NCBI GenBank assembly: GCA_048213135.1
Contig: PS015160.1
Coordinates: forward strand, 21,053-64,559
Source: Reclinomonas americana ATCC 50394
Lineage: Eukaryota
Length of the DNA stretch: 43,507 nucleotides
Direction: 5' to 3'
In this document: piece by piece, positions 1-12,622 of the stretch
Layout: every line of letters starts with the position of its first letter
Position numbering within the stretch: the stretch's first letter is position 1
The notes under the pieces: generated by a model
Told to the model about the DNA's origin: nothing
Databases searched by the model: none
Seen by the model: the letters and a program-made list of their open reading frames with translations, nothing else
Translations under genes and position numbers: made by a program

Positions 1-2282
1 CACCTTGGCCGACAGGCCCCTCATGAACTCGCTGAGGTACTTGTTCAGCTGGTGCGCGATGGGGAGTGAGCGATAAAGAAGAAGCTTTGAGAGGCAAACA
101 AGGCGGTGAACAACAAATCACCTTGGTCGGATTCAACATCGGGAAGAGTTGCTCCGTCCTGTCACAAAAATCAGCACACACACTCGCTTCGAGACCAAGT
201 GGGGATTTGATGCAAACGCAACGGTCCGACACCCTCTATCAGCTTCACCAAGTTGTCGTAGACTTGCGGATCCACTTGCACCTCGTTCTCGTACTTGATC
301 GAGTCCTTGCCGAGGAACGAGAAGAACACTTTCCGATCATCGCGCAGATCCACGTGCTCGATGCGAAGCGAGCAGCAGCCGACAGTGTCGGCCTCCTCCT
401 CCGTGTCCTTTTCGCCACCCACACGCTGTGCGGCAACGACACACAAGTGAGCAAGGAGGCTAACAAGGGAAAAAAACTTCCTTGCTCCCTACACACGCAC
501 CAGTGCCAACGTGTCGATAAAGTACAACGCCGTAGCCCTCTGCATGGTGAACGGATCGTCCGATCGGAGATCCTTGCGGTTCTTCTTGCGGATGCGGTCG
601 ATGATGAGCGAGAGGCGGCGGGCCTTGTCGAACTTCTCCATGTCGGCCCACAACTTGAACGAGCTCTGCGCCGACAGGAAGACGTACTTGGTGCCGTTGA
701 AGAGCGGATCGCGCCAGGTGGCTGTCCAGGTGACGGCCTTGTTGTGCACAATGCCGCCCCACTTGTGACCGGCTGGCGGCTCCGGAATCTTGGCCTTCTT
801 GCCAATGTTGATGGTGATGTCTTCGGGGTACACGCGACGCTTGAAGCAGCCCTTCTTGGGGTGCTCGCCACGGCCGCGGAAGAGGCCCGGCGGCTCGATG
901 CGGTAGTTGCCGTTCTTCTCCTTGCGGCCGTCCACGTACACCCACTTGTACTTTTCCTCGGCGGCCTCCTTGGCCGCCTTCAGGGCCTTCTTCTCCTCCT
1001 TGGACATGCTGTCGCGCTTCTCCTTTTCTCGCACGTGCCAGTTCCAGATCGGGTCAAAGTTGACCCAGTCGAGCCGCTTGATCGTCTTGCCCTCCTCCGT
1101 CTTCTTGAGCAGCGGCTTCCAGTCGTTCCAAAAGTTCTCGCGGAACTTGGCGTCGTTGTAGTGCGGCAGCAGTCGGAGCACCGCAAAGTACGTGCCCCAC
1201 TCCTCCTGCTCGGGCGACAGATGCACGTCGACCTGCTCGCTCGGCTTCTTCGGATCGCCGTACTTGAGCGGAATACCGTGTGGCTGGTACTCTGGCGGGA
1301 ACAGCACGCCATTGTGTTCGAGCGTCTCCCACTTCTGACCGGCCTTCTTCGGCTTCTTCTCCCAGTACTTCTCCGTGATCACCGGCGTCACGCCCTCCTC
1401 CTTCTTCGCCGCCGCGCCCTTCTTCTTGCCGGTGCCGCCTTCGTCGTCACCGTCGTCGTCATTCCTCTTCGCGCCCCTCTTGCCACTCTTCTTGCCATTC
1501 GCCGCCGCTGCGCCAGTGGCGTCGGTGGCGGCCGTCGGCGACCCACTCTTCCTCGGCATGATCGGCTGATCTTCGTCATCCTCTGACGAAGACGAAGCCT
1601 TCGATTTGCCATTGGCCTTACCCTTCTTGCCGGCGGGCGCCGCGCGCTTGCCGACCTTGCCGGCCTTGCGCGAAATCGGCTCATCCTCCGAATCGTTGTT
1701 GTTGTCGTCGTCGTCGTCGTCGCTGCTCTCCGCCTTCACGCCCCTCTTGCCCCTCTTCGCCTTCTTCTTCTCCTGCTTCAGCTGGCTCAGCGGCACATCC
1801 GAGTCCGACTCAGCCTCCTCCTCGTAGTCCTCATCGTCCGCCGAATCCGACGACTCCACCATACGCGCCGGCTTCTTCACCACCGGCTTCGTCTTCTTCT
1901 TCGCGATCGGCTCATCGTCAGAGTCGTCCTCGTCGCTCGACTCCATCACCGCCTGCTTCTCGCGCTTCACCTGCGCCACCGTCTTCTTCCCCGCCGCCGG
2001 CTTCGGCTTCGGCTTGGGCGCAATCGGCGCATCATCGCTGTCCTCATCATCGTCGACCTTCATCTTCTTGGCAGCAGCAGCTGTAGCAGCAGCAGGTGGC
2101 TTCTTCATCAGCGCCGCCAGAGGCACGTCATCGTCACTATCTGACGATGACGACGACGATGAGGCATCATCGTCGACCACTGCGCGCACGGCTGACACTG
2201 GCGACTTGACTCCATTAGGCGTGGACGGCTTGGCGCGCTTCATCAGCGGCGCATCCTCATCACTGCTGCTGTTGTTACGCTC
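1..2282 (-). CDS. TOP1: DNA topoisomerase IB (partial: 5' exon lies in the N gap, 3' end runs off the window)
   Basis: Long K/D/E-rich N-terminus, then [34 protein letters not shown] and [37 protein letters not shown], ending [25 protein letters not shown]. Introns at 500-426, 222-159 and about 122-49; acceptor at 2283. Confidence 0.97.
159..222 (-). other. Intron with shifted donor C|GTTGCGT (TOP1)
   Basis: CC|gttgcgt...cag|G ACG restores [12 protein letters not shown] in frame; 64 nt. Confidence 0.85.
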
Positions 2283-2339
2283 CTGCGCCACACACGTTGT
2301 GTAAGCACCGCACGCTCAACTGGTCAAAAGACAACTCAC

Positions 2340-3086
2340 NNNNNNNNNNNNNNNNNNNNNNNNNNNNNNNNNNNNNNNNNNNNNNNNNNNNNNNNNNNNN
2401 NNNNNNNNNNNNNNNNNNNNNNNNNNNNNNNNNNNNNNNNNNNNNNNNNNNNNNNNNNNNNNNNNNNNNNNNNNNNNNNNNNNNNNNNNNNNNNNNNNNN
2501 NNNNNNNNNNNNNNNNNNNNNNNNNNNNNNNNNNNNNNNNNNNNNNNNNNNNNNNNNNNNNNNNNNNNNNNNNNNNNNNNNNNNNNNNNNNNNNNNNNNN
2601 NNNNNNNNNNNNNNNNNNNNNNNNNNNNNNNNNNNNNNNNNNNNNNNNNNNNNNNNNNNNNNNNNNNNNNNNNNNNNNNNNNNNNNNNNNNNNNNNNNNN
2701 NNNNNNNNNNNNNNNNNNNNNNNNNNNNNNNNNNNNNNNNNNNNNNNNNNNNNNNNNNNNNNNNNNNNNNNNNNNNNNNNNNNNNNNNNNNNNNNNNNNN
2801 NNNNNNNNNNNNNNNNNNNNNNNNNNNNNNNNNNNNNNNNNNNNNNNNNNNNNNNNNNNNNNNNNNNNNNNNNNNNNNNNNNNNNNNNNNNNNNNNNNNN
2901 NNNNNNNNNNNNNNNNNNNNNNNNNNNNNNNNNNNNNNNNNNNNNNNNNNNNNNNNNNNNNNNNNNNNNNNNNNNNNNNNNNNNNNNNNNNNNNNNNNNN
3001 NNNNNNNNNNNNNNNNNNNNNNNNNNNNNNNNNNNNNNNNNNNNNNNNNNNNNNNNNNNNNNNNNNNNNNNNNNNNNNNNNNNNNN
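2340..3086. other. Assembly gap
   Basis: Run of N; probably hides TOP1 exon 1. Confidence 1.
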
Positions 3087-3272
3087 GAGAGAGGAAAAAT
3101 CTGGAAATGTCGCACACACTCTTGCTCTCTTGCACGCACAGAGGCGTGCTTCTCCTCTCTGTCTATGTGGGTGTACGTGTGGGTCACACACTTGCACATC
3201 GTGCATGTGAGTGTGCTTTTGTGAGCGTGAGTCTGGACTCATGTTTATCCGCAATACAACACATACTCTCTC

Positions 3273-3303
<31 letters not shown>

Positions 3304-3519
3304 TTCTGCTCACTCACCGCGTACACTTTCTCACACAGAGACACACAATACACTGACCCACAAAAGTGCAAAAATACTCACAAATCACGGCACATTCTCT
3401 TCCACTTTTCCTCTCTCTTCCTCCACACATGTGCTCACACTGTGTCATACCTCCAATCACCGCCGGCATCCTTGCGGCTTTGTATGTGTGTATGTGTGTT
3501 GAGAGCGGAACAGTCGACA

Positions 3520-3527
3520 TGACGTCA
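3520..3527. promoter_or_regulatory. TGACGTCA (CRE-like palindrome) in the divergent TOP1 / Q-rich gene spacer
   Basis: Exact palindrome, with CCCGCCCC about 25 nt downstream; function untested. Confidence 0.2.
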
Positions 3528-3615
3528 CTCGTGACAAATACGCATCTGTCCCGCCCCGACGGTTAAATTTCCGGTTGCGCTCTCACTTGTCTCCCCGTTC
3601 TTCTCTCCCACCCTC

Positions 3616-3653
<38 letters not shown>

Positions 3654-3875
3654 TCGCGATCATGAGAGTCGCCTCTCTCTATCTATCTCTCCCTTCCTTT
3701 CTTTTTTTCGTCGGCTGAGTTGACTGTGCAAGTTGCGGTTTTCGTTTATGCGTCGTTTTTCCTGGCCACCGAGTTTTTTGTAAGGCAGTGACGAGCACAG
3801 ACAACCCGTATAAGGTCCGCGTGCACTCCTTATTGCCTCCGTCCCACAGCATCGATCGCTCACTCCAGTGCTCAG

Positions 3876-6267
3876 ATGTCCTCGCGCCCGTCTCTGCGTC
3901 GTACCTTCTCCGACATGCAAGAGCTGGATGCGTTCACCGCCGACTTGTTCCAGCAGAGCAGCGTCGTTGCCGCACCAAGCAAGCAGCCGTCACTGATGAT
4001 GATGAGCTCGCGATTCTCGCCGATTGGTGGCGGACGCTCGGCGCCTGGATCGCCGACGTCGAGCTTTATGCGTCACCCACAACAACAGCAGCAGCAGCAG
4101 CATCAGTGGTCGACGTTGCTCGGCAGCAGTCGTCCGGGATCGGCGGCTTCGTCGCCCTGTATGCCGCACTTTGGATTGATTTCGCGCTCCTCCAGTCCGG
4201 TATTGAAGCACGACGAGGAGCACAGTGCGATGATGGATCAGTTGCTGTTGCATCACCATCACCACCCAATGCTGCTGCAGCAGCAACCACAGCACCACCA
4301 GCAGCAGCATCAGACGTTGTTGCCGCCACCACCGCCGGCACCACAGGCCAAGGCTGAGACGGCGGACAGCATGGTGTGCACGATCAGCGGGCCGTCGACC
4401 AGCGTGCACTCGCCGCATCACCACCAGCATCAGTATCAGCACTATCAGATGCCGCAGCAGCAGCAGCAGCAGTTCCAGCAGCCGCAGCGACCGTCGGCAC
4501 CGCCGAGCCCGCAGCACATGCCGTTTATGATGCCGGCGACGCCCGTGGCGCAGGTCACGACGACGATTATGAGTGGTCAGGCACCGTCGCGACCAGTGGC
4601 CTCGCGTGCGCTGAGCAAGTCGCCGCCGACGCCGCTGCGTTTGCCCGGACGTGATGGCATGACTGCGCCTTCGTCGCAGTCGGCGTCTGCGGCCGTGTCG
4701 CCGGTGCCGTCGTCACCACCGGTGCCGCCCATGTCTTCGTCGACAGCGACGACGACGACCACCGCCGCCACTGCGCCGGCACCCACCATGTTGCCGCCGC
4801 CGTTCCAGCACGCGCACATGCAGGCCGAGTATGGTGCCGAGCAGCAGCAACCCTACGCGACCATGTACGGCTACCCGGCGTACTTTTCACAAATGATGCC
4901 GCCGCCACCGCCGCCACCACCGTTCATGCCGAGCTCGCAAGCGGTGTGTAATGCAGTGCCCGCTGCACTTTTAAAATCGTGTGTGCTTGACTACTCACTT
5001 TCCCCCTTGCGTCACTACAGAACTCGCCGCCGCCACCACCGCCACCGCCGCCAATGACCATNNNNNNNNNNNNNNNNNNNNNNNNNNNNNNNNNNNNNNN
5101 NNNNNNNNNNNNNNNNNNNNNNNNNNNNNNNNNNNNNNNNNNNNNNNNNNNNNNNNNNNNNNNNNNNNNNNNNNNNNNNNNNNNNNNNNNNNNNNNNNNN
5201 NNNNNNNNNNNNNNNNNNNNNNNNNNNNNNNNNNNNNNNNNNNNNNNNNNNNNNNNNNNNNNNNNNNNNNNNNNNNNNNNNNNNNNNNNNNNNNNNNNNN
5301 NNNNNNNNNNNNNNNNNNNNNNNNNNNNNNNNNNNNNNNNNNNNNNNNNNNNNNNNNNNNNNNNNNNNNNNNNNNNNNNNNNNNNNNNNNNNNNNNNNNN
5401 NNNNNNNNNNNNNNNNNNNNNNNNNNNNNNNNNNNNNNNNNNNNNNNNNNNNNNNNNNNNNNNNNNNNNNNNNNNNNNNNNNNNNNNNNNNNNNNNNNNN
5501 NNNNNNNNNNNNNNNNNNNNNNNNNNNNNNNNNNNNNNNNNNNNNNNNNNNNNNNNNNNNNNNNNNNNNNNNNNNNNNNNNNNNNNNNNNNNNNNNNNNN
5601 NNNNNNNNNNNNNNNNNNNNNNNNNNNNNNNNNNNNNNNNNNNNNNNNNNNNNNNNNNNNNNNNNNNNNNNNNNNNNNNNNNNNNNNNNNNNNNNNNNNN
5701 NNNNNNNNNNNNNNNNNNNNNNNNNNNNNNNNNNNNNNNNNNNNNNNNNNNNNNNNNNNNNNNNNNNNNNNNNNNNNNNNNNNNNNNNNNNNNNNNNNNN
5801 NNNNNNNNNNNNNNNNNNNNNNNNNNNNNNNNNNNNNNNNNNNNNNNNNNNNNNNNNNNNNNNNNNNNNNNNNNNNNNNNNNNNNNNNNNNNNNNNNNNN
5901 NNNNNNNNNNNNNNNNNNNNNNNNNNNNNNNNNNNNNNNNNNNNNNNNNNNNNNNNNNNNNNNNNNNNNNNNNNNNNNNNNNNNNNNNNNNNNNNNNNNN
6001 NNNNNNNNNNNNNNNNNNNNNNNNNNNNNNNNNNNNNNNNNNNNNNNNNNNNNNNNNNNNAGAAGGTGTACGAGCGCACTGGTGCGCATGCTCGTGGCGA
6101 CAATGGCGAGCCGCCGCGGAAGCGCCAACGCTCCACGTCGCGCTCCAACTCGGCAGCCTCCTCCCCGACGCAGGAGTACGAGGAGGCCTACGAGACGCAA
6201 TCAGCAGCGCCGCCGCCACCACCACCGCCACCGCCACCACCGCAGCAGCTGCAGCACCATCATCACA

Positions 6268-6305
<38 letters not shown>

Positions 6306-6419
6306 CAGCAAATGTTCCACCCGCATCACGGCTGGCAGCAATACGAGCACATGGCACCGGCGTCGCTGCCGCCGCCACCACCACCGCCGCCGCTGGCGAC
6401 GGATGCCTTCTTCTACTAA
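3876..6419 (+). CDS. Q/H/P/S-rich low-complexity protein, possibly a transcription factor; central part lies in the gap
   Basis: ORF from 3876 with polyQ/H/P; GT-AG intron at about 4944-5020; the C-terminal exon 6061-6419 has a basic PPRKRQRS motif and polyQ/P. Joining the two halves across the gap is inferred. Confidence 0.6.
5062..6060. other. Assembly gap
   Basis: Run of N inside the Q-rich gene. Confidence 1.
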
Positions 6420-6655
6420 ATAATAGATAGTTCAGGTGACAGAGCAATCAATCTGTCACCTCTTTTTTTTTTCCTCTCCCTCCATAGTTGTACCAGTAGC
6501 TGTTTGCGTGTAATGCCTCCCCCACTTTTCTCCTTCTACAAAGAAGGATAGACAATATAGTGAATCCAACCTAGAATCAATGATAATCAACGAGTGCATT
6601 CGTGGAAGCTTCGTTTCTTGTGTATTTCATGGCCATGGATTCCTTCCCATCCGTC

Positions 6656-9600
6656 TCATCTCTTCGAGCGCTTTCGCGGTGGTGCATCCTCGTCCTCCTC
6701 TTCCACGCGACTGCCGCCATCGTCATCGTCGAGGAGGCTCTCATCGTCGTCGTCCGCTTCATCCTCCTCGTCTTCTTCTTCTTCGAAGCGGCGCCGCTTG
6801 TTGCCGGCGAGACGTGGTGCAGGAGCTCTTTCCGCTTCCTCTTCTGCATCGTGCAGGAAGTCGTCATCATCATCATCGTCGTCGTCCTCGTCGGCACTCG
6901 GCTGCGGCTGAGACGACGGAGCTGGCTTGCGCGGTCGCGGCGCGGCACGTGCAGCGGGTCGCTTCTTGATCTTCTTGCGCTTCGTGCGCTCTTCCTGGCT
7001 CCATGCGTCGTCACTGCTCTCGTCCTCCTCCTCCTCCTTGCCACCGACCTCCTCCTCGTCGTCGGTCTTGACCAGGTCCGACAGATCGCTGTCGTCGTCG
7101 TCGTCATCGTCGTCGTCGTCCTCATCATTGTCACTTCCACCATCGCCGTCCTCCATGGCAGAGGCCGACTGCGGAACCTTGCGAAGCACGAGTTTGTTGC
7201 CGCCACCGGCCACCGGATTCTTGCGTGGTCGCCCTCGCTTGCGCTTCTCGGTCGACTCGACGGCTTCGGCCTTGGCCTGCCGTTTCGCTTGCGTCATGGC
7301 TCGCCGCTGTCGTCGTGAGCCGGGAGCAGCCGGCGCAAGTGCCTCGTCCTCCGCTTCTTCTCCTCTCTCCACCTCAGCCTCGGGGGCCACTGCTGACACA
7401 GTCTCCGCCGCCGCCATCGCCGCCGTCTCGGCACCAGCGTCCGCAGTCGACGCCCCCTCGCTTTCGCCAGCCTTGACGGTGGGGGTGCCGCGCGGGCGAC
7501 CACGAGTGCGCCGCGGTTCGTCAGCAAGTGCACTGGGCTGTGCGTGTGTGTGCATGCAAAGGGCAGCATGAGCGGCGTGACTGTCAACAAAATAGGACAC
7601 GGAAGTGACGAACCGGCAACGGCAGGGGCTCGAGACCGTGCTTGGCACGAATCTTGTTGATGAGCTTGGCCTTGGTGCGCTCGGGATCGGCCGAATTGTA
7701 GATCTGCGAGTGGCCTACTTGAGCGTGTGTATCACTCACCCGCGGGACACCGACGAAAAAACAAAACACACCCTATCCCACTGCGCATCGGTCAACTGGT
7801 CCGAGTACATCACCGTGTCGCGGACGCGTTTGCCACGACCCAAATCCTGCAGCTTCGGCTTCAGCTCCTCCGCAATAGTGGTCTCGGCATGGCGAATCCA
7901 GTCTGGCAACTCCCAGTCTTGCATCAGCCTGTCCACAAAACAGATGAGGACACCGAAAAAACATGCATGCATTGAGGGCGTGCCATCTTGCCGTACCTCG
8001 GAGCACCGCCTTCGGGGACACCACGACCCATGTCCACCCACGTGCGCAACCGCAGCTCGTCGAGTTCCTTGTCAAGCTGTGCGGCATTCACAGAAGGTGA
8101 GAAGCCACAATTGAACGGATACACAGACATGCAGCAGATTGACCTTGGCAAACAGGATTTCTTCGTCGTCGTTGCGAGCCAACATCTCGTTCAGCTCGTC
8201 GTCGTCCAGCAACCGCTGGTCGTTCTCTGTCGTGTTCTCGTTGGAAAAGATGGCACGCTGCACGGGAGGAAATGAGAATCTTTGTGAGGAACAGAGGCGC
8301 GCAGTTATTGGTACGCACCAGCAGGTCCTTGCGCTCCGAGTCGGCCGACTGTTGATTGAACTTGCCGGCCTTGATGACCTTGGCCTCGGCTTGCCGCTTC
8401 GTCGTGGCCTGCTGGAGCACGCGTTCCTCAAACACCGTGTTGGTGATGAACGTAAAGACGCGCACTTCGCGAGTCTGGCCGATGCGATGAGCTCGCGCCT
8501 ACACGACACGTGGTGAGAGCACAATCCACATTTGCAAACGAACAGAAGACGCTCACCTGCGCCTGCAGATCCTGCTGCGGATTCCAGTCCGAGTCGAACA
8601 GAATGACCGTGTCGGCAGTCTGCAGATTGAGGCCGAGGCCACCGGCGCGGGTGGAGAGGAGGAAGATGAAAATGTCCGAGTCCGGTGCATTAAAGGCCGC
8701 CATGATCGACGGCCGGTCTTCGCTCTTGGTGGTGCCGTCGAGGCGGCAGAACGTGTAGCCGCGGTACTCGCAAAACTCCTCCAGCAAGTCGAGCACTTGC
8801 GTCATTTGGCTAAAGAGCAGAATCTGCACAGCGATAAAATGCACAAAGTGTGAGTACGCGACTGGTAGGTGAAGAGTTGACAATACCTCCCACGAAACTC
8901 GATGTTTGGTGCGCGCATACTTGTAGCAGATGCGGTCCAACAACTCAAACTTGCCCGAGGAACGAATGAGGTCCTCCACGCACAGGTCGAGGTCCTCCTC
9001 CACGTGCAACAGTGGGTGGTTGCAGACCTGCGGAAATTGATGAGCAAGGCACCGCACGGGAGATCACAGGCAAGGAAAGAAGACCTTGCGCAGTTGCATC
9101 ATGCGATTGTTGAGTGCCTTGCTCTTCTTGCCTGTGTTCTCCGAGTTGGTGATGACGCGGCCGGCCTCGGTGATCTGCTTGTACAGAATCTGCTGGAGTG
9201 CCGACATGTCGCAACGCAAAATGATCTCCACTTTTTCGGGCAGCTGGCCGAGCACCTGTGGAAGGGGGGTGCGGAATGTGAGACGACGCGTTAAAGAGGC
9301 CAACGTTATGCACGCCGGGAGCGTACCTCATGCTTTTCACGTCGCAGGATAAACGGACGCAGCACCGAATGCAGTTGCCACACCAGAGCCTCTTCGACTT
9401 CTGGATCTGTCTCCACCTGCGCGAAACACCTTAGACCGGATCGACAACTTGCGCCCCCATTCTTGCCAAGCTCAAACCTTCTCGCCAAACAACGGCGACT
9501 GGAACCACTCCTCAAACTCGGTGGCATTCTCGAAAATGTCGGGCAGGCAGAAATGCAACAGTGCCCACAGCTCGTTGAGGTTGTTTTGCAGCGGGGTGCC

Positions 9601-10021
9601 GGTGAGCAGAATGCGGTGCGAGGCACGCAGTTGATTGAGGTTTTTGACGAGCTTGCATCCGGCATTCTTGATGCGATGGCCCTCGTCGATGATAATATGG
9701 CGCCACATTACTTTGCGGAACGCCGGCAAATCCGTGTCACGCAACAGGAATTCGTACTGCAATGGTGGTGGTGGTGGTGGTGGTGGTGGTGGTGATGGTA
9801 AGAAAGAGTGGAAGCAATGCAGGGAGCTTATCTTCTACAAACATGCGCACCTGCGTGATCATAATGTTGAACTTGCACTCGGACATTTCCACGGCCGCGA
9901 TGCGTCGGCGCTCGTCCTTGTTGCCCTTGTACATGACAAAGGTGAGCTCGGGCGCCCACAGACTCAACTCCGACCGCCACGTGTCGAGCATACTGTGTGA
10001 GGAGTGAGGAAAGAGCAGAGC

Positions 10022-10052
<31 letters not shown>

Positions 10053-12084
10053 TGGTGGCCTCGAGACGCAACGCGCACGGCACGACAATCAGGTGCGGGC
10101 CCTTGATGCCCTTCATCTCGTTCAGGTACGCCAACAGCGCAATGGTCTGGATGGTCTTGCCGAGACCCATTTCGTCGGCCAAGATGCCATTGAGATTGTT
10201 GTTGTACAGCGACACCATCCATTGCAGACCGCGGAGCTGAAAGCCGACAGATATTAGACAATAATGGAAAGGGCGAGGAAATAGAAAGACAGCAAGATAT
10301 GAAGAACGAACGAACGCACCTGGTACTCCTTGAGCTGTCCGCCCACCAGCATCTTCGGCTGCACGGCAATCTCCTCGGCCTCCTGATGCGTCTTCATGTA
10401 GAACTCCTTGGTGCCTACAAGCGCCTTTGTCAATACGACGTACATCAACAAACAAAAATGATGAGAACGGAGACGCACCGACACCCTCTGGCGGCACATG
10501 CTCCTCCTCTCCGTGCTCTCCACCCTCGCCACCGTCGCCAGCCATGCGGGCATCGTCACTGGCACCAGCAGCGGCTCGTGCCGCGTCACGCTTCTTCACA
10601 ATCATGGCGGAGATACGAGCCATACAAGTCTCGGTCTTCTCAATGAGTTGCACCAGGCGCGTCTTTTGGGCGTTCTTCATCAGTGCCTTGTATTGCTCCA
10701 TGTCGGTTTCCTGAAGGGGAGGTCACGCGGGTCAGATGGGTGGGGAGAGACGAGGGGAGATAATGCATTTGCACTCAACTCGCAACAAGCGGAGACGCTC
10801 GCGTTCCTGTCGCTGCTGCTCCTCCAGGCGTCGTCGCTGCAGCTCCACCATCAGATTCTGCATGGCGCCGGCCAGACGGCGGGCACTGCTCGTGCGGTCC
10901 GTCCATCTGCGTGCACCAGTCGTTAAACGTGAGAAACCATACACCGACTCAAAAATGCCCCCGATCACGTACTTGCGCATGAGATTCTCACGATGGCGTG
11001 CCACCGAATCGAGAAACACGTGCCGCTTGCTCTGCACGGCTCGCATCTGCTGCTCGCGAACACGCTGTGACGGGCGACAGAAGTGAGTCCACACATACAA
11101 ACACACACGAGCAGATGCCTGTCACGGTCCACACCAGTTCACGCTCGTGCTTCTGCTTGACCAACTGCACCGCCTTGTCCTTCTCGTCCAACATGTGCTG
11201 CAAGGAGAGAAAATGCGCGCTCAGTCGCCCTTCTTCACACATGCAACATGGTGGTGATTATTCGCACCTGCAGATGCAAGCGATGGCTCAAGCACGTCGG
11301 GTCGAGCTTGGCGGCGTGAGCCGCCAGCAACTCGCAGCGCGTGAGGTACTGCACGAGTCGCATCTCCACCGTGCGCTTCTCGGACAGGAGCGTCTCGCGC
11401 AGCGACGGGCACTCGATGGTGGGGATCATGGCTGTGAAGCAGGTGAGGCGGGGTACAAAAAACGAAGCACGTGAAAGAAACACAAGTGTGTCGACCTGAC
11501 AGCTCTGCTACTCGTCGCTGGTGCGAGTGAACAATTTGCTGATGTCGCTCCTCGGTCAGGTTGTGTGCGGCACGCAGCGATACATACGAGGTAGCCATGT
11601 TTTCCGTGTCGCGGAAGGCCGTGGCCTCCAAGCCAGACGGGTCGTTCTGGGTGGAGCGCAAGGGACAGATGAGATCGGAGAACCGCAAGCGATGCACCTC
11701 TCCACACGCACCGCGCGGATGCCCTGCAACATGCCCGTCTGCGCCAGCTTCCACTCACGAATCTGGTCAGCCACCGCCGCACGCTGCGCGTCGGTGAGCG
11801 GATGGCGGTTCGCTGGACCCCAGACGGTGAGATGATGCACCAAGCAACGAAGAGGGGGGGCGGGAGACGTACCACTGCTCTGCAACGCCTGCGCGTGCAG
11901 CTCAGCCTCACGTCGCTCGAGCAAGTCCAGCAACGCGCACAGCGTTTTGCACTGGCGCATGGCGGTGTGCACGCCGGCTTGAGCGAGCGCCGCCACCATC
12001 TGCGAAGGGAAAGCGATCAGGGGAACGAGGGAAGGACTTGTCGTTTCTTCCAGGGACGCTCTCTCTCTCTCACACACACACCCA

Positions 12085-12154
<70 letters not shown>

Positions 12155-12328
12155 ACGCACACAGTGAATGCACTTTGATCACACACACTCCTTCCCCCTC
12201 CCTCCTCTCTTCCTCTCTCTCTCACACACACACACCTTTTGCGTTTTGACTCGCACTGCACTGAGCTGCGAGAGGCTCAGCTCCGCAAACTCAGGTGGCA
12301 ACTCAGCAACCACCCCAATTGAAGTCAT
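6656..12328 (-). CDS. SNF2/BRM-subfamily chromatin-remodelling ATPase (QLQ-like, HSA, ATPase, SnAC-like, two AT-hooks, acidic tail); about 22 introns
   Basis: [117 protein letters not shown] at 7504-7490 and 7237-7223. Start codon tentative. Confidence 0.93.
8824..8898 (-). other. Intron with shifted donor A|GTTTCGT (SNF2)
   Basis: 75 nt and in frame; removal gives [12 protein letters not shown], matching the SNF2 H(R/K)VLLFxQMT motif. An alternative GAG|GTATTG donor would insert four residues. Confidence 0.7.
9993..10072 (-). other. Intron with shifted donor C|GTTGCGT (SNF2)
   Basis: Gives IVVPCAMLDTW, the same spacing as SNF2 IIVPLSTLSNW; 80 nt, contains (CT)n. Confidence 0.85.
10711..10779 (-). 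other. Intron with shifted donor A|GTTGAGT (SNF2 HSA region)
   Basis: Gives [17 protein letters not shown] (compare ERMRRLMAEDEEGYRKL); contains an in-frame TGA; 69 nt. Confidence 0.85.
12070..12152. repeat. (CA)n microsatellite in SNF2 intron 1
   Basis: Long CA run with a short interruption. Confidence 0.95.
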
Positions 12329-12622
12329 TTTTTCTCTGCAACATAAAACACACACACACACACAGAGAAGAACACTCACAGTGAGCAAAATGCAACACAC
12401 AAGCACATGCGCATGTCCACCACACCCACCACACACAGAGACAGTGGTGAGAGAGACAACTTGCGTTGGCGCGCAATTCGTGACCAAAGTGTGGATCCAC
12501 GGTCCAGTCAGTCCGTCGGTTTCCAGGTTTACAAAAGCAACTTAGGGTCGCTGTACTCGGCACGATGATCATCTTCTCAAGAAGCACAAAGAATCAGAGG
12601 TCATGAGAATTCCTTTGCCATT

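Noticed and set aside
66-1586. 506-aa + strand ORF and similar long antisense ORFs
   Set aside because: Shadows of GC-rich coding exons on the opposite strand, with no recognisable motifs.
2275-6447. Long ORFs in the track that span X runs
   Set aside because: Artefacts of translating through N gaps.
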